Source: an uncultured Pelagibacteraceae bacterium
Lineage (GTDB): Bacteria > Pseudomonadota > Alphaproteobacteria > Pelagibacterales > Pelagibacteraceae
Direction: 5' to 3'
Assembly: GCA_902619745.1 (NCBI GenBank)
Contig: CACNFL010000003.1
Coordinates: forward strand, 932-64,931
DNA length: 64,000 nucleotides
Below, piece by piece: positions 38,246 through 49,998 of this stretch. Below the pieces are notes generated by a model. The model saw nothing but the letters and a program-made list of their open reading frames with translations, had not been told where the DNA came from and searched no databases. Numbering within the stretch: the stretch's first letter is position 1; each line of letters starts with the position of its first letter. A program made the translations under genes and the position numbers.

Positions 38246-39619
38246 TTATAAAAAATAGGCTCCTACGCCTAAAAAAGAAACAAAACCAATTACATCTGTA
38301 ATTGTTGTCACAAAAACACTTGAGGCAATCGCTGGATCGATATTGATTTTTTTTAGAGTAAAAGGAACTAATATACCAAATAATCCGGCTATGATCATCG
38401 TTAGTACCATTGATATTGCTATGATCAGAGAAAGGATACTATCTTGAAACCATATCTGTACAATAAAAGCACTTATTGCTGCAAATATAATTCCATTTAA
38501 AATACCAATAGAAAATTCTTTAAAAACATTTGATGAAAAATTATTTTGAGTTAAATCATTTGTAGCTATAGTTCTTACTGTAACTGCAAGCGTTTGCATT
38601 CCAGCATTTCCACCCATCGAAGCTACAATCGGCATTAAGAAAGCTAATACTACCATTTGTTCAATGGTTGCTCCAAATAAACTAATACACCATGTTGCTA
38701 GAAAGGCAGTAAATAAATTAAGTAAAAGCCAATTGAATCTTCTCTTTGTTTTTTTTACAACTCCATCAGTAATTTCTTCATCTCCTACCCCTGCTAATCT
38801 TAAAGCATCTTCCTCAGCTTCCTCTTTCAAGACTGTTAAAACGTCATCGTTCATAATCATACCAACTAATTTATTGTTTTTGTCTATAACAGCAGCTGAA
38901 TTCAAATTATAATTTTCAAATAAGTTAGCAACTTCCTCTTTATCCATTTCTACAGGAATTAATAATTGAGATTCTGACATAATTGTTGCCATTTTAGTAT
39001 CTCGAGGTGTTGTTAAAACTCTAGAGGAAGGAACAGTTCCTATTGGTTTGAAATCTTCATTAACAATAAAAATTTCTAAAAACTCTTCTGGTAAATCTTT
39101 GTTTTCTCTTAAATAGTCAATTGTTTGACCTACAGACCAATTACTTGGTATAGCTGTAAATTCACGCTGCATAAGTCTAGCAGCAGTATCCTCTGGATAG
39201 CTTAAGCTTTCTAGTAGAGCAAATCTATCTTTAGGTGGTAAAGAGCTAAGGATTACATTTTTATCCTCTTCAGGAACATTTTCCAATATAGATATAGCAT
39301 CGTCTGACTCTAAACCCTTTAGAATACTAACTATAGAATCTGAAGATAAATATGTAATAATTTCTGATTGAATAGACTCATTCAATTCAACAAAAACGTC
39401 CGGATCAATATTAAAATTATTTAATTTAATTAAACTTTCTCTATCCCCTTCGCTAAGGTGCTCAATAATATCCGCAGCATCAGCAGGGTGCATTTCGTTA
39501 AATGAATTAGTAATAAATTGAGCGTCATTGTTAGCTATTTTGCTGGTAACAACTCTTATATATTCTTTATTAAATTCAAAATTTACTTTTTTATCTTTAG
39601 TTTTTTTAGTTAAAGACAT
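38246..39619 (-). CDS. mgtE: Magnesium transporter MgtE
   Basis: MgtE_N (HPADAAD), CBS pair, MGGNAG.Q, DPA.AS..FVTT.TD. Confidence 0.96.
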   Translation of the reverse strand: MSLTKKTKDKKVNFEFNKEYIRVVTSKIANNDAQFITNSFNEMHPADAADIIEHLSEGDRESLIKLNNFNIDPDVFVELNESIQSEIITYLSSDSIVSILKGLESDDAISILENVPEEDKNVILSSLPPKDRFALLESLSYPEDTAARLMQREFTAIPSNWSVGQTIDYLRENKDLPEEFLEIFIVNEDFKPIGTVPSSRVLTTPRDTKMATIMSESQLLIPVEMDKEEVANLFENYNLNSAAVIDKNNKLVGMIMNDDVLTVLKEEAEEDALRLAGVGDEEITDGVVKKTKRRFNWLLLNLFTAFLATWCISLFGATIEQMVVLAFLMPIVASMGGNAGMQTLAVTVRTIATNDLTQNNFSSNVFKEFSIGILNGIIFAAISAFIVQIWFQDSILSLIIAISMVLTMIIAGLFGILVPFTLKKINIDPAIASSVFVTTITDVIGFVSFLGVGAYFL

Positions 39620-39680
39620 AAATCTACCTATAATTTAGATTTGCACTATTAATACATAATAAAGATAATACAAATTATAA

Positions 39681-40298
39681 ATGAACATAGAGATCAAAAA
39701 GTCAATAAAACCAGTAAATTATTTTGATGCTATTAATATATTAGAGTCAAGATTAAAGGATTTATATGAAAATAATGAGCAAGAATTAATTTGGACTTTA
39801 GAGCATAATGAAGTTTTTACAGCAGGAACCTCTTATAAAGAGAATGAGATTATTGACAAATCCGTTAAAATATTAGAAACGAATAGAGGTGGTAAAATTA
39901 CTTACCATGGACCAGGTCAATTAATTTGTTATTTTGTTTTAGATTTAAGGAAAAAAAAAGATATCAGAAAATTTATTACAACTATTGAAAAAACAATAAT
40001 TCAAACTTTAAAATTTTATAAAATAGAAACTTTTCCAGATAAAGATAATATCGGTATATGGTATAAATATAATAATGAAGTCAAAAAAATCGCTGCTATA
40101 GGCATCAGAGTTAGCAAATGGATTGCCTATCATGGTTTTGCAATCAATATAAATAATGATCTAGAAAAATATAAAAAAATTATACCATGTGGTATTTCAG
40201 ATAAAGGAGTAACTAATTTAAAAAATATTTTAGATCAGGATTACTCAAATTTAAGTGATATATTAGTTAAAAATTTTATTTCAAACTTGAAAATCTAA
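39681..40298 (+). CDS. lipB: Octanoyltransferase
   Basis: [37 protein letters not shown]. Confidence 0.96.
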   Translation: MNIEIKKSIKPVNYFDAINILESRLKDLYENNEQELIWTLEHNEVFTAGTSYKENEIIDKSVKILETNRGGKITYHGPGQLICYFVLDLRKKKDIRKFITTIEKTIIQTLKFYKIETFPDKDNIGIWYKYNNEVKKIAAIGIRVSKWIAYHGFAININNDLEKYKKIIPCGISDKGVTNLKNILDQDYSNLSDILVKNFISNLKI

Positions 40299-41193
40299 GT
40301 CTTTTAGATTTTAAAAGTTTTTTAAAATAATCAGGCAACAAAGCTGAATAAGTATGTTTTATATCATTAATTTTAAATTTAATTTGATATGAATGTAACA
40401 TTAAATTTTTATTAATTCCTTTATTAGCATTTGATAATTTATATTTTGTATCTCCAAATATAGGATTTCCAATTGCATATAATTGTTTTCTTAACTGGTG
40501 TTTTCGTCCAGTAATGGGTTTTAATTCTAATAAACTTGCTTCAGAATTTTTATCAATAACTGTAAAAATTGTTTTTGCTTTTTCAATTATTTTTTTATCA
40601 CCGTCGTACCTAATTAAATCATCATCCCATACACCAGATTTTTTATTAATTTCTCCTTGACATATAGCTAAATAGGTTTTGTGTACTTTTCTTAGTCTAA
40701 ATAAAGAAGTAAGTAGTTGAGCGCTCTCTCTACTTTTAGCCATAATAAAAACTCCAGAAGTATCTTTATCTAATCTATGGACAGAATATGGTTTTGTTCC
40801 GTCAAAAATTTCACTTTTAGCAAAAATATCAACTAGATTTTTTTTTGATTTAGTTCCACCTTGAACCGATATGCCTGATGCTTTGTTTAAAACTACAAAA
40901 TTGTCATTGTTGTCAATAATTTGATCTTCATTTGATTTTATAATTTCTTTTGATGGTAAAAACTTAATTTTTTTTTGTTGAATTGTTTCTTTAAATTCAA
41001 TGTTGAATATATTTATTTCATCTTTTGTTTTTACTTTAAAAGAACTTTTAACTTTCTTTCTATTAAGTTTTATTTTTCCTGTTCTTAAGTATTTCTCCAC
41101 AAGTCCTTGTGGAATTTTGCCAATTTTTAATCTTAACCATCTGTCCAAACGCATATCATTACACGTTGAATCAACGATGTAAGATTTCTTCAT
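40276..41193 (-). CDS. rluC: RluA-family 23S rRNA pseudouridine synthase (RluC-like)
   Basis: N-terminal S4 domain (RLDRW), [32 protein letters not shown]. Confidence 0.88.
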   Translation of the reverse strand: MKKSYIVDSTCNDMRLDRWLRLKIGKIPQGLVEKYLRTGKIKLNRKKVKSSFKVKTKDEINIFNIEFKETIQQKKIKFLPSKEIIKSNEDQIIDNNDNFVVLNKASGISVQGGTKSKKNLVDIFAKSEIFDGTKPYSVHRLDKDTSGVFIMAKSRESAQLLTSLFRLRKVHKTYLAICQGEINKKSGVWDDDLIRYDGDKKIIEKAKTIFTVIDKNSEASLLELKPITGRKHQLRKQLYAIGNPIFGDTKYKLSNANKGINKNLMLHSYQIKFKINDIKHTYSALLPDYFKKLLKSKRLRFSSLK

Positions 41194-41203
41194 GATTTAA
41201 GAT

Positions 41204-41647
41204 TTAAGCTGTAGCTTGTTTTTTTTCTTCTGTTTTAGGAGATTCTTTGTTTGTATCCTTTTTTGGCTTATCAACTCTTTTTGCTTCAACGTCTCTATCA
41301 ACAAACTCAATTATTGCCATTGGAGCATTATCCCCATATCTAAATCCAGCTTTAATTATTCTTGTGTAACCACCTTTTCTATCTTGATATCTTTTAGAAA
41401 GTGTTTTTTTAACTTTATTAGCTAATTTAATATCTTGTAGTTTAGAAACTAACATTTTAGTTGTCTGTAAAGTTTCTTTTTTACCTAATGTTATTATTTT
41501 ATCTGCTTGAGGTTTTAAAAATTTAGCTTTTGGCAAAGTAGTTTTAATCTGCTCATACTTAATTAAAGAATTAAGCATATTTTTAAGTAGAGCTTTTCTG
41601 TGCTCTGATGTTCTATTTAACTTCTTATTTGCCAAACCATGTCTCAT
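41204..41647 (-). CDS. rplQ: 50S ribosomal protein L17
   Basis: MRHG...[18 protein letters not shown]. Confidence 0.98.
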   Translation of the reverse strand: MRHGLANKKLNRTSEHRKALLKNMLNSLIKYEQIKTTLPKAKFLKPQADKIITLGKKETLQTTKMLVSKLQDIKLANKVKKTLSKRYQDRKGGYTRIIKAGFRYGDNAPMAIIEFVDRDVEAKRVDKPKKDTNKESPKTEEKKQATA

Positions 41648-42675
41648 TAAATTGCTTCCTCCAATTTCTTAGACATTTCTGCAATGTTGTCTGGTGGCCA
41701 GTTAGGAATTTCCATTCCTAAATATAGAGACATACCTGTTAAAACCTCTTTAATTTCATTTAATGATTTTCTTCCAAAATTAGGTGTTCTCAACATTTCA
41801 CCTTCAGATTTTTGAACTAGATCACCGATATAAATTATATTGTCATTTTTTAAGCAGTTCATTGACCTAACTGATAACTCTAACTCATCTACTTTTCTTA
41901 GTAAGTTTTTGTTAAATTCAGGTTCAGTAGAAACTTCTTTTACAGGAGCTTCAACTGGCTCATCAAAGTTTACAAACATTTTAAGCTGATCTTGGAAAAT
42001 TCTAGCTGAATAAGCTACAGCATCTTCAGCAGAAATTGATCCATTAGTTTCAACTTCCATTATTAATTTGTCATAATCTAGTGCTTTACCTTCTCTAGCA
42101 GTACTTACTGAATATGAAACTTTTTTAACTGGACTATAAAGTGAGTCTATAGCAATAAGGCCTAATGGTGGCTCTTCAGGTTTATTTAGTTCTGCAGGAA
42201 CATATCCTTTACCTGTATTAACATTCATCTCCATATGAAAAGTAGTATTTTCATCTAGATTACAAATAACTAAATCAGGATTTAAAATCTCAACATCTGC
42301 AACTGGAGCTATATCTGAAGCTTTAATTTCTCCAGGTCCTTTAGCATCTAATATTAGTTTTTTTGTACCCTCAGAATTACTTTTCAGTGCTAAAGATTTT
42401 ACGTTTAAAACGATATCAGTCACATCTTCTCTAACACCTTTTATTGAAGTGAATTCATGTAAAACACCATCAATTTGAATTGATGTTACAGCAGCTCCTC
42501 TTATAGATGATAATAAAATCCTTCTTAGAGAATTTCCTAAAGTTAATCCATAACCTTTTTCTAAAGGCTCAGCTACAATTTTTGCATGGGTTAAGTCATC
42601 ACTTATTTGAACATCTAATTTAGATGGCTTAATTAATGACTTCCAATTTTTTACATTAACATTTTCGACTTCCAT
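41647..42675 (-). CDS. rpoA: RNA polymerase alpha subunit
   Basis: [38 protein letters not shown]. Confidence 0.98.
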   Translation of the reverse strand: MEVENVNVKNWKSLIKPSKLDVQISDDLTHAKIVAEPLEKGYGLTLGNSLRRILLSSIRGAAVTSIQIDGVLHEFTSIKGVREDVTDIVLNVKSLALKSNSEGTKKLILDAKGPGEIKASDIAPVADVEILNPDLVICNLDENTTFHMEMNVNTGKGYVPAELNKPEEPPLGLIAIDSLYSPVKKVSYSVSTAREGKALDYDKLIMEVETNGSISAEDAVAYSARIFQDQLKMFVNFDEPVEAPVKEVSTEPEFNKNLLRKVDELELSVRSMNCLKNDNIIYIGDLVQKSEGEMLRTPNFGRKSLNEIKEVLTGMSLYLGMEIPNWPPDNIAEMSKKLEEAI

Positions 42676-43124
42676 TAAACTCTCCTTTTCTTTGGTGGTC
42701 TAGTTCCATTATGAGGCATAGGCGTAGTGTCTTTGATTGACAAAATTTTAAATCCTCTAGCTTGCAATGCTCTTAAGGCTGTTTCTCTTCCTGATCCAGG
42801 TCCTTTGACTTCAACGGACAAAGTTTTCATTCCGTACTCAAGAGCTTTTGAAGCTGCAGAGTCAGCTGCTATCTGAGCAGCGTAAGGAGTTGATTTTCTT
42901 GATCCCTTAAACCCTTTTTGTCCAGCAGATGCCCATGAAATTACATTTCCATTTGTATCAGCAATAGAGATGATGGTATTATTAAATGTTGATTGCACAT
43001 AAGCAATTCCATTTAAAATATTTTTCTTAACTTTCTTTTTTTTTGAATAAGAACTTTTTACACTTTTCTTGGTAGATTTTTCTACTTTCTGATCTTTATT
43101 TTCAACCTTATCAGTCTTAGCCAT
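42675..43124 (-). CDS. rpsK: 30S ribosomal protein S11 with Lys-rich N-terminal extension
   Basis: [32 protein letters not shown]. Confidence 0.98.
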   Translation of the reverse strand: MAKTDKVENKDQKVEKSTKKSVKSSYSKKKKVKKNILNGIAYVQSTFNNTIISIADTNGNVISWASAGQKGFKGSRKSTPYAAQIAADSAASKALEYGMKTLSVEVKGPGSGRETALRALQARGFKILSIKDTTPMPHNGTRPPKKRRV

Positions 43125-43126
43125 AA

Positions 43127-43510
43127 CTATTTTTTAGTTGGTGTTAATTTTTTTCCAGCAATAGCGATTGCTTTTCCTTTTCTTGTCCTTGCATTACATC
43201 TTGTTCTTTGTCCTCTAACAGGTAATTTTTTTCTATGTCTTGTTCCTCTATAACAAGCTAGATCAATTAATCTTTTAATACTTAATGAATAATCTCTCCT
43301 TAAATCACCTTCTACTTTAAAGTTTTGATCGATGTACTCTCTTATTTTTAAAATCTCTTCATCTGTTAATTCGTTTACTCTTTTAGCTCTTGGAATTTCT
43401 AAAGATGAACAAATTTGTTGAGAAAATTTATCACCAATTCCATAGATATAAGTTAAGCCTATATGAACAAGTTTATTCTGTGGAATGTTTATACCTGCGA
43501 TACGAGCCAT
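43127..43510 (-). CDS. rpsM: 30S ribosomal protein S13
   Basis: [29 protein letters not shown]. Confidence 0.98.
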   Translation of the reverse strand: MARIAGINIPQNKLVHIGLTYIYGIGDKFSQQICSSLEIPRAKRVNELTDEEILKIREYIDQNFKVEGDLRRDYSLSIKRLIDLACYRGTRHRKKLPVRGQRTRCNARTRKGKAIAIAGKKLTPTKK

Positions 43511-43533
43511 AATTTTTGTGATAAATTGTGCCT

Positions 43534-43561
43534 TTTATATAAGAAGATTAATCAAAGTCAA
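43534..43561 (-). promoter_or_regulatory. Putative sigma70 promoter of the alpha operon (rpsM)
   Basis: TTGACT-16 bp-TATAAA on the minus strand in the 55-bp adk-rpsM gap. Confidence 0.55.
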
Positions 43562-43565
43562 CGTC

Positions 43566-44129
43566 TTATACATTGATAAAAGCCTCTATTTTCCTTGTTA
43601 TTTCTTCAATTTCTAAGCTTCCATCAATCTCTTTAAAATTTGGATTCTTTGAGTAGAAATTTAGAACTGGTTGGGTTGTTTCCATATATTTCTCATACCT
43701 TGAAACTATAGTATGAGCCTCATCATCAGACCTATTTTCTATAATTTTTCTCTTCTCTAGCCTTTTAAGAATTATTTCTTTATCTACGTTTAGAAATAAA
43801 ATTAAATCTATACTCTGATTTGAATTTTTTAGTAACACTTCTAAATTTTTAGCCTGACTTAATGATCGAGGATATCCATCAAAGATTAATTTATTTTTTT
43901 TTTGAGGATCAGATATTAAACTTTCTATAAGTTTATTAACAATTTCATCACTTATAAATTTTCCATTCTTCATATCATTGGTTATTGCTTTACCAATGTC
44001 TGAATTTTTTTTGATTTCTTCTCTTAAAAGATCACCTGTTGAAATTTGAAATGCATTTAATTTTTTTACAAGATATTTAGACTGAGTACCTTTACCAGCA
44101 CCAGGAGGTCCAAATAAAATTATATTCAC
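43566..44129 (-). CDS. adk: Adenylate kinase (short-LID type)
   Basis: GPPGAGKGTQ, ISTGDLLR, DGYPR, R.DD; 187 aa. Confidence 0.96.
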   Translation of the reverse strand: MNIILFGPPGAGKGTQSKYLVKKLNAFQISTGDLLREEIKKNSDIGKAITNDMKNGKFISDEIVNKLIESLISDPQKKNKLIFDGYPRSLSQAKNLEVLLKNSNQSIDLILFLNVDKEIILKRLEKRKIIENRSDDEAHTIVSRYEKYMETTQPVLNFYSKNPNFKEIDGSLEIEEITRKIEAFINV

Positions 44130-45410
44130 TTACTTACCAAATTTTGTTTTTTTAATCAGTTGTTCGTATTGTGAACTCATTAATCTTGTTTGTATTTGTG
44201 TTACAGTATCGATAGCTACTACAACAACAATTAATATAGATGCACCACCTAAATAAAAAGGTATTGGATAATTTGCAATTAAAAATTCCGGCATCAAACA
44301 AACTAAAGTTAAATATAGAGCACCAATCGTAGTTAATTTTGTTGAAATATTTTCAATATATAACGCAGTACTTTCACCTGGTCTAATCCCCGGCACAAAT
44401 CCTCCATACTTTCTAAGATTCTCGGCAGTTTCTGTTGGATTGAATGTTATAGAAGTATAAAAAAAAGTAAAAAATATTATTCCTGATGCATACAGCAACA
44501 TATAAAGAGGTTGTCCTTGAGTAAAATAAGAACTCAAGTTTAAAAATGTTTCATTGTTTGAAAATGAGAAATTTGAGAATGTTACTGGTAGTAATAGAAG
44601 TGCAGAAGCAAAAATTGCAGGAATTACTCCGGCCTGATTTATTTTTAAAGGTAAATGTGATGATTCTCCTCCATACATTTTGTTACCCATTTGTCTTTTT
44701 GGATAATTAATAAGAATTTTTCTTAATGCTCTTTCCATAAAAACTACAAATAGAATTGTAAGTATTAATAAAACAAATATAGCTAGGATCATGAATGTTG
44801 AAACCGCACCTGTTCTACCTAATTCAAAAGTTGTAACTAAAGCTCTTGGTATTTCAGCTACGATACCAGCAAAAATTATTAACGATATACCGTTACCAAT
44901 TCCTCTTTGAGTAATTTGTTCTCCTAGCCACATTAAAAATATTGTTCCCGCAACAATTGTTGTAACAGTAGTTATTTTAAAAAAAGCTCCTGGATTAATT
45001 ACCAAGTCAGCTGACGACTCTAGACCAACAGATAAACCATACCCTTGCACTGTTGCAAGTAACACTGTTCCATATCTAGTAATTTGTGTAATTTTAGCTC
45101 TACCCGTCTCACCTTGTGCTTTTAGATTTTTAAAATAATCAGAAACTCCAGTCAAAAGTTGAACTATAATTGCAGAAGAAATATAAGGCATTATACCTAA
45201 TGCAAATATCGCCATTCTGCTAACTGCTCCTCCTGCAAAAACATTAAACATACCTAGCAACCCTTTTTGGTTACCTTCCATCATAATTTTCAATTGCTCA
45301 GGATCTATACCGGGTAGAGGTACAAATGTTCCAAACCTATAAACTGCTAAAATTAAAATAGTAAATATAATTCTATTTCTTAAATCATTTGTTGATGATG
45401 ATGCGCTCAT
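44130..45410 (-). CDS. secY: Preprotein translocase SecY
   Basis: FALGIMPYIS..II.QLL, WLGEQIT..GIGNG.S, GIRPG. Confidence 0.98.
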   Translation of the reverse strand: MSASSSTNDLRNRIIFTILILAVYRFGTFVPLPGIDPEQLKIMMEGNQKGLLGMFNVFAGGAVSRMAIFALGIMPYISSAIIVQLLTGVSDYFKNLKAQGETGRAKITQITRYGTVLLATVQGYGLSVGLESSADLVINPGAFFKITTVTTIVAGTIFLMWLGEQITQRGIGNGISLIIFAGIVAEIPRALVTTFELGRTGAVSTFMILAIFVLLILTILFVVFMERALRKILINYPKRQMGNKMYGGESSHLPLKINQAGVIPAIFASALLLLPVTFSNFSFSNNETFLNLSSYFTQGQPLYMLLYASGIIFFTFFYTSITFNPTETAENLRKYGGFVPGIRPGESTALYIENISTKLTTIGALYLTLVCLMPEFLIANYPIPFYLGGASILIVVVVAIDTVTQIQTRLMSSQYEQLIKKTKFGK

Positions 45411-45419
45411 ATAAACAAA

Positions 45420-45872
45420 CTATTTTTTTAGTTGAATAGATCCACCAATTTTTTCTAGTTTTTCTATTGCTGATTTAGAGGCTAGGTCAGCTTCAATATT
45501 AATTTTATCTTTTACTTCCCCAGAACCTAAAATTTTTAATTTTTTTGAGTTTTTATTTATTAATTTAAGTTTTTTTAATAATTCTGAGTTTAATACTTCA
45601 TTTGGATTAATACTTTTTTTGTCTATGTAAGATTGAATCTTATCTAAATTTAAAATTGCAACACTCTCATTTGATATTGGGTTAAAACCTCTTTTTGGAA
45701 GTCTTCTGTATAATGGCATTTGACCACCTTCAAAACTTTTTATAGCTACCCCAGATCTTGATTTTTGACCTTTAACACCTCTTCCTGATGTTTTTCCTTT
45801 GCCTGAACCAATTCCTCTTCCAACTCTTATTTTAGATTTATTGATTTTTTCTCTATTATTTAAAGTAATCAT
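45420..45872 (-). CDS. rplO: 50S ribosomal protein L15
   Basis: [29 protein letters not shown]. Confidence 0.98.
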   Translation of the reverse strand: MITLNNREKINKSKIRVGRGIGSGKGKTSGRGVKGQKSRSGVAIKSFEGGQMPLYRRLPKRGFNPISNESVAILNLDKIQSYIDKKSINPNEVLNSELLKKLKLINKNSKKLKILGSGEVKDKINIEADLASKSAIEKLEKIGGSIQLKK

Positions 45873-46387
45873 TATCCTCTTTTTTCAATTATTTCAGAAA
45901 TTTTTTTATTTCTAATCGCTGAAATTTGTTTTGGTGAACTTTGTTTCATTAATGCTTTCATTGTAGCTCTAATTACATTGTGCGCATTAGAAGTTCCCAT
46001 AGATTTTGCAACAATATCTTTTACTCCTAAAACTTCACATACTGCCCTAACAGGACCTCCTGCAATAATACCTGTTCCCTTAGAAGCTGCTCTTAGCACT
46101 ATTCTACCCGAGCCATCTTTTGCCTTAACATCATGATGTATCGTTCTGCCCTCTCTTAATGGTATATGAGTAAGTTTTCTTCTTGCCATCTCATTAGCTT
46201 TTTTAATGGCATCAGGTACTTGCTTGGCTTTAGCATGAGCTATACCAATTTTTCCGGCTTGATTTCCAACAACTACAAGAGCTGAAAATCCAAATCTTCT
46301 TCCACCCTTAACAACTTTAGTAATACGATTTATGTGAACTAATTTCTCTAATATATCGTCAGTTTTTTTGTCTTTTATATTTTCCAT
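45872..46387 (-). CDS. rpsE: 30S ribosomal protein S5
   Basis: [19 protein letters not shown]. Confidence 0.98.
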   Translation of the reverse strand: MENIKDKKTDDILEKLVHINRITKVVKGGRRFGFSALVVVGNQAGKIGIAHAKAKQVPDAIKKANEMARRKLTHIPLREGRTIHHDVKAKDGSGRIVLRAASKGTGIIAGGPVRAVCEVLGVKDIVAKSMGTSNAHNVIRATMKALMKQSSPKQISAIRNKKISEIIEKRG

Positions 46388-46389
46388 AA

Positions 46390-46746
46390 TTAAAATTCCA
46401 TTCCGTTTTCTCTTAGAGTTTCTGCAAAAGCTTTAATTCTACCATGATATTTATAAGAACCTCTATCAAAGTAAATTTTAGTAATTTTTTTCTCTTGAGC
46501 TTTTTTAGCTAATTTTTGAGCAACCAATTTAGATAATTCAGTTTTATTAACTTTATCAGATGATTTAAGATCTTTTCCTATAGATGAAGCTGATAATAAA
46601 GTTACGTTTTTTGTATCATCAATTATTTGAGCTGAAATATTTTTTGATGATCTAGAAATACTTAATCTAAATCTATCTTTTGAAGCAACTCTTTTAACTT
46701 TATTGCTAACTCTAAATCTTTTTCTTATACTAGTGTTTAATTTCAT
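46390..46746 (-). CDS. rplR: 50S ribosomal protein L18
   Basis: RLS..RS, AQIIDD, FDRG.YKYHGR. Confidence 0.97.
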   Translation of the reverse strand: MKLNTSIRKRFRVSNKVKRVASKDRFRLSISRSSKNISAQIIDDTKNVTLLSASSIGKDLKSSDKVNKTELSKLVAQKLAKKAQEKKITKIYFDRGSYKYHGRIKAFAETLRENGMEF

Positions 46747-47285
46747 TATTTTTTCTTACCCTCTTTTTTAAGAACATACTGTCCTTTTTCTCGAACACCT
46801 TTTCCTTTGTAAGGTTCGATTTTTCTTAGTGTTTTAATTTTAGATGCTACTTCCCCAACTAGCTGCTTATCAGAGCCTGTAATTTTTAATGTTGTTTGTT
46901 TTTCAACAGCAATTTTAATGCCCTCTGGTATGTCAAAATTGATATCATGACTATAACCCAATTGTAAATTTAACTGATTTCCCTTTAATGCTGCTCTGTA
47001 ACCAACGCCAACTAATTCTAAAGTTTTTTCATAACCTGTACTTGATCCAATTACAGCATTATTAATTAAACTTCTATTCATACCCCAAAGTCTTTTTGAA
47101 TTTTGATCTATTTTTTTTGGTTTAATAGAAATTTCTTTTCCTTCAATTATGTCTAAATTGAACATATCTAAATCAACATTGATTGATTTTTTACCTAAAG
47201 GTCCTTCAATATTTATATTATTACCAGCTAAGGCAACTTTTACTTTTTCTGGGATCGATATGTTTATTTTACCTATTTTAGACAT
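46746..47285 (-). CDS. rplF: 50S ribosomal protein L6
   Basis: MSKIGK, GVGYRA, LGYSH, EPYKGKG. Confidence 0.98.
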   Translation of the reverse strand: MSKIGKINISIPEKVKVALAGNNINIEGPLGKKSINVDLDMFNLDIIEGKEISIKPKKIDQNSKRLWGMNRSLINNAVIGSSTGYEKTLELVGVGYRAALKGNQLNLQLGYSHDINFDIPEGIKIAVEKQTTLKITGSDKQLVGEVASKIKTLRKIEPYKGKGVREKGQYVLKKEGKKK

Positions 47286-47680
47286 TAAAATACCTTACAA
47301 ATTATTTCGCCACCAACTTTTTGTTTTCTAGCATCTATATCAGTCATTACTCCTTTTGGAGTTGAAACAATAGCAATTCCTAAACCATTATTTATTTTAG
47401 GTAAACTATCCGCAGAAGAAAAAATTCTTCTTCCTGGTTTAGATACTCTTTCAAAAGCACTAATTACCGGATTACCAGAATGATACTTAAGTTCTAAAGA
47501 CAAAATTGGTTTTTTTTCCTCAGAACTTACTTTAAAATCTTTTATGAAACCTTCGTTTTTAAGTATATCTGCAATTTTTGTTTTAAAATTAGATGAAGGT
47601 AATTCTACTTTTTTATGATTTCTTGCTTGAGCATTCTTTACTCTTGCAATCATATCTCCTATTGGGTCAGTTAAACTCAT
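47285..47680 (-). CDS. rpsH: 30S ribosomal protein S8
   Basis: DPIGDM..R..NA, SKPGRR, STPKG, GGE. Confidence 0.98.
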   Translation of the reverse strand: MSLTDPIGDMIARVKNAQARNHKKVELPSSNFKTKIADILKNEGFIKDFKVSSEEKKPILSLELKYHSGNPVISAFERVSKPGRRIFSSADSLPKINNGLGIAIVSTPKGVMTDIDARKQKVGGEIICKVF

Positions 47681-47692
47681 AATTTTTCCTTT

Positions 47693-47998
47693 CTACCAGC
47701 TTGACTTAACTAAGCCAGGTATCTTTCCTTGTAATCCTAATTGTCTTAATGCAATTCTTGAAATCTTTAATTTTCTGTAAACACCGTGAGGTCTTCCGGT
47801 TATCTCACATCTATTCATAACTCTTGTTTTAGCCGAGTTTCTTGGCAGTTTAGATAATTTTTGTTGAGCTTTAAATCTTTCTTCTAATGGGATCTTTTTA
47901 TCCATTACAATCTTCTTTAATGCTTGTCTTTTCTTATAAAGCCTATCTGAAAGCTTAATTCTTTTTTTGTTTTTATTAACAGCACTTAACTTTGCCAT
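47693..47998 (-). CDS. rpsN: 30S ribosomal protein S14 (long, zinc-independent type)
   Basis: LPRNS, NRC..TGRP, SRI..R, PG..KSSW; 101 aa. Confidence 0.98.
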   Translation of the reverse strand: MAKLSAVNKNKKRIKLSDRLYKKRQALKKIVMDKKIPLEERFKAQQKLSKLPRNSAKTRVMNRCEITGRPHGVYRKLKISRIALRQLGLQGKIPGLVKSSW

Positions 47999-48000
47999 AT

Positions 48001-48555
48001 TTAATTATCTCCTTTTTTAATAAATGGAAAATTCATTTTTTCTAATAAAGCAAAACTGTGTTCTTTATTGATTGCTTTAATTACTATTATTATATCTAAA
48101 CCTCTAACTTTATCTGCTCTATCAAAACTTACTTCTGGAAAAATTATATGCTCTTTAATACCAAATGTATAATTACCAAATTTATCAAAGCCTTTTGGTG
48201 ACAAACCTCTAAAATCTTTAATTCTAGGTAATGCAATATTCACTAATCTATCTAAGAATTCATACATTCTATTTTTTCTTAAAGTTACTTTTAAACCAGC
48301 ATTTGATCCTTTTCTTGTTTTAAAATTAGCTACTGATTTTTTAAATTTTGTTGTTACTGGTTTTTGTCCAGTAATTTTAGCCATATCTTCTTCACATGAT
48401 TTTAAAATCTTAGAATCTGAAGCATCTAAACCAAGCCCCATATTTAAAACAACTTTTTCAATTCTTGGAGCCATATAAATATTTTTAAAACCAAACTGAT
48501 CTTTTAATGCAGGCTGTATTTCTTTATTAAATATTTCTTTTAATCTTGGTGTCAT
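48001..48555 (-). CDS. rplE: 50S ribosomal protein L5
   Basis: KVVLNMG, ITGQKP, ALPRIKDFRG, EHIIFPE. Confidence 0.98.
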   Translation of the reverse strand: MTPRLKEIFNKEIQPALKDQFGFKNIYMAPRIEKVVLNMGLGLDASDSKILKSCEEDMAKITGQKPVTTKFKKSVANFKTRKGSNAGLKVTLRKNRMYEFLDRLVNIALPRIKDFRGLSPKGFDKFGNYTFGIKEHIIFPEVSFDRADKVRGLDIIIVIKAINKEHSFALLEKMNFPFIKKGDN

Positions 48556-48800
48556 TATTTTTTAGCCTCTTTTTTCTTAGCTGCTTTTTCATCAATTAGT
48601 TTTAGGTTTGAAATATGAATAAAGCTTTCCTTTGGAAAAATTCCACCTTTTTTTTCTTTTGTTGTTTTAACGTGTTTTTTAACCATGTTTATTTCTTTAA
48701 CTTTAGCTCTGTTATTAACTCTATCAATTTCAATAACTTCACCTTCTTTTTTTTTATCTTTTCCAGTTAAAACTCTTACTTTCAAACCTTTTTTAATCAT
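48555..48800 (-). CDS. rplX: 50S ribosomal protein L24 (short, 81 aa)
   Basis: IKKG..V.V.TGKDK (KOW), GGI...E..IHISN. Confidence 0.95.
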   Translation of the reverse strand: MIKKGLKVRVLTGKDKKKEGEVIEIDRVNNRAKVKEINMVKKHVKTTKEKKGGIFPKESFIHISNLKLIDEKAAKKKEAKK

Positions 48801-49168
48801 TATAAAACCTCCGGTGCCAAAGAAATAATTTTCATTTGACCTCTGCTTCTTAATTCTCTTGTAACTGGACCAAAAATTCTTGTTCCCACTGGCTCTCCTT
48901 TGTCATCAACTAAGACAGCGGCATTATTATCAAATCTTACTTTAGAACCATCATTTCTGTGAATTCCCTTTTTAACCCTTACTACTACAGCTTTGTGGAC
49001 AGATCCTTTTTTAACTTTTCCTTTAGGTATCGCCTCTTTAACTGCAATTACAATTGTATCACCAATACTAGCGTATCTTCTTTTTGACCCACCTAGAACT
49101 TTAATGCACTCAATTCTTTTTGCGCCAGTATTATCAGCTACTTGTAATTCTGTTTGAACACCAATCAT
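48800..49168 (-). CDS. rplN: 50S ribosomal protein L14
   Basis: [29 protein letters not shown]. Confidence 0.98.
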   Translation of the reverse strand: MIGVQTELQVADNTGAKRIECIKVLGGSKRRYASIGDTIVIAVKEAIPKGKVKKGSVHKAVVVRVKKGIHRNDGSKVRFDNNAAVLVDDKGEPVGTRIFGPVTRELRSRGQMKIISLAPEVL

Positions 49169-49404
49169 TATTTTGTACTCTCCATAACTTGAAATTTTTT
49201 ATTTTTAGAAAAGGGTTTGCTCTCAATAATTGAAACTTTGTCACCGGTTTTGAATTTATTATTTTCATCGTGAGCGTTATAGTTTTTTCTAACTCTGATT
49301 ACTTTTTTTAGAACTGGGTGAGAATATTTACGTTCTACCATAACAGTAACTGTTTTATTTGGTTTATCGCTTATAACTACACCTGTAAGTATTTTTTTAG
49401 GCAT
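49168..49404 (-). CDS. rpsQ: 30S ribosomal protein S17
   Basis: G.V.SDK..KTV.V, HP..KK, AHDE.N. Confidence 0.97.
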   Translation of the reverse strand: MPKKILTGVVISDKPNKTVTVMVERKYSHPVLKKVIRVRKNYNAHDENNKFKTGDKVSIIESKPFSKNKKFQVMESTK

Positions 49405-49588
49405 TTGCTTTTCCTTTTAAAATTGTTTTTAATCTTGCAATTGTTTTTCTAGTTTCTCCAATTTTAGCTGGGTTTGTTACTTGTGAATTCATTTTTTGAA
49501 ATCTGAAATTAAAAAGATCTTTTTTAAGCTTATCAATGTTCTTCACAATTTCATCGTTTGATAATTTTTTAATTTCTTGTTTTTTCAT
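49397..49588 (-). CDS. rpmC: 50S ribosomal protein L29
   Basis: LFNFRFQ, IARLKT; position between rplP and rpsQ. Confidence 0.96.
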   Translation of the reverse strand: MKKQEIKKLSNDEIVKNIDKLKKDLFNFRFQKMNSQVTNPAKIGETRKTIARLKTILKGKANA

Positions 49589-49998
49589 TATGCAAATCTC
49601 TTTATCGTTTTAGTCTTAATAGGTAATTTTGCTGATGCTTTATATAAAGCTTCCTTTGCAATTTGTTCCGAAACACCATCAACTTCAAATAATATTCTTC
49701 CTGGTTTTACTCTGCATGCAAAATACTCTGGAGAACCCTTACCTTTACCCATTCTGACTTCTATTGGTTTTTTTGAAACTGGTATATTTGGAAATATTCT
49801 TGTCCATACTCTTCCTTGCCTTTTCATGTGTCTTGTTAAAGCAACTCTTGCAGCTTCAATCTGTTTTCCAGTAACTCTTTCAGGCTGTAAAGCTTTTAAT
49901 GCGTAAGCACCATAATTAATAGTACTTGCTCTTGTAGCATTACCATGAATTCTACCTTTATGAGCTTTTCTCCATTTTGTTCTTACTGGTTGAAGCAT
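49588..49998 (-). CDS. rplP: 50S ribosomal protein L16
   Basis: MLQP.RTK.RK, QIEAAR, RMGKGKG. Confidence 0.98.
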   Translation of the reverse strand: MLQPVRTKWRKAHKGRIHGNATRASTINYGAYALKALQPERVTGKQIEAARVALTRHMKRQGRVWTRIFPNIPVSKKPIEVRMGKGKGSPEYFACRVKPGRILFEVDGVSEQIAKEALYKASAKLPIKTKTIKRFA

